A stretch of 64,000 nucleotides of DNA from Candidatus Cloacimonadales bacterium (GTDB lineage Bacteria; Cloacimonadota; Cloacimonadia; Cloacimonadales; DAONDQ01), in assembly GCA_963662275.1 (NCBI GenBank), contig OY759316.1:2048001-2112000 (forward strand). The letters run 5' to 3'. Position 1 is the stretch's first letter; every line of letters starts with the position of its first letter. Below, piece after piece: positions 63,594 through 64,000 of this stretch. The notes below the pieces were generated by a model. That model saw only the letters and a program-made list of their open reading frames with translations. It was not told the DNA's origin and searched no databases. The translations under genes and the position numbers were made by a program.

Positions 63594-64000
63594 GTTAATT
63601 TTACCGACGGGATTGTCTTGCCTAAATTATAGAAACAACCGAAATATTACAGGCAATTTGCTAAAATACTTGAAAACAATATCAGCCCATACACAAAAAG
63701 TCTGATCTCAAAGTGATTTGATAACTTCTGAAAAGAAAATCATCTCTTCCATTGGTAAAAGACTCTGCTAAAATTGTAAAAATCCAATTCAACCCAAGAA
63801 ATCTTCAAAAAGCAATTTCCAAATACATATTCAAAATCACCCTGCTACTTGAGCTTGTTCAACAGCATATCCAATCATGCCTATGATGGGAAATGCTTAT
63901 TATGTTATATCCTTAAGTTTGCAACTTGAGGGTCTTTTTGTCAGAGTTGAATGGTTTCAAACCCAACAACATAACAATTCACAAAATTATGGTTCGATTG

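Larger units (their letters stand above)
61454..63906 (+). mobile_element. Complete tyrosine recombinase + IS91-family (Y2) transposase element, ~2.45 kb, flanked by TGTT duplication
   Basis: Left end defined by comparison with the copy at 1-940. Both flanks reassemble into repeat family B. Subterminal imperfect IRs at 61455-61478 and 63842-63863. Confidence 0.88.

Overview
AT-rich bacterial chromosomal window, probably an anaerobic FCB-group organism such as Ca. Cloacimonadota (inferred from PorV plus FlgD/T9SS-like C-terminal domain proteins and a 2-oxoacid:ferredoxin oxidoreductase). The housekeeping backbone (vor-type operon, three tRNAs, rpsO-pnp-ahcY, nucleotide-sugar genes, tadA, murI, pyrG, rnr, yicC, fused aro genes, miaA, mutL) is bracketed by two inverted copies of a tyrosine-recombinase + IS91-type (Y2 HUH) transposase element. 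Main observations: (1) the complete right copy sits inside a recognisable dispersed repeat, so its ends can be mapped; it has a TGTT duplication and an integron-cassette-like GTTGAAC...GTTCAAC-hairpin-GTT layout. (2) An integrase-less ~8.9-kb defence-like island (RM fusion, TcmP + radical SAM, cyclase-like protein, AAA-DUF4143) is bounded by 25-bp direct repeats derived from a terminator. (3) An orphan FGE/C-lectin gene has a C-terminus with the codon signature of a DGR variable repeat. (4) Several families of structured intergenic repeats are present, one with compensatory stem changes. All calls come from reading motifs by eye; no database searches were run.
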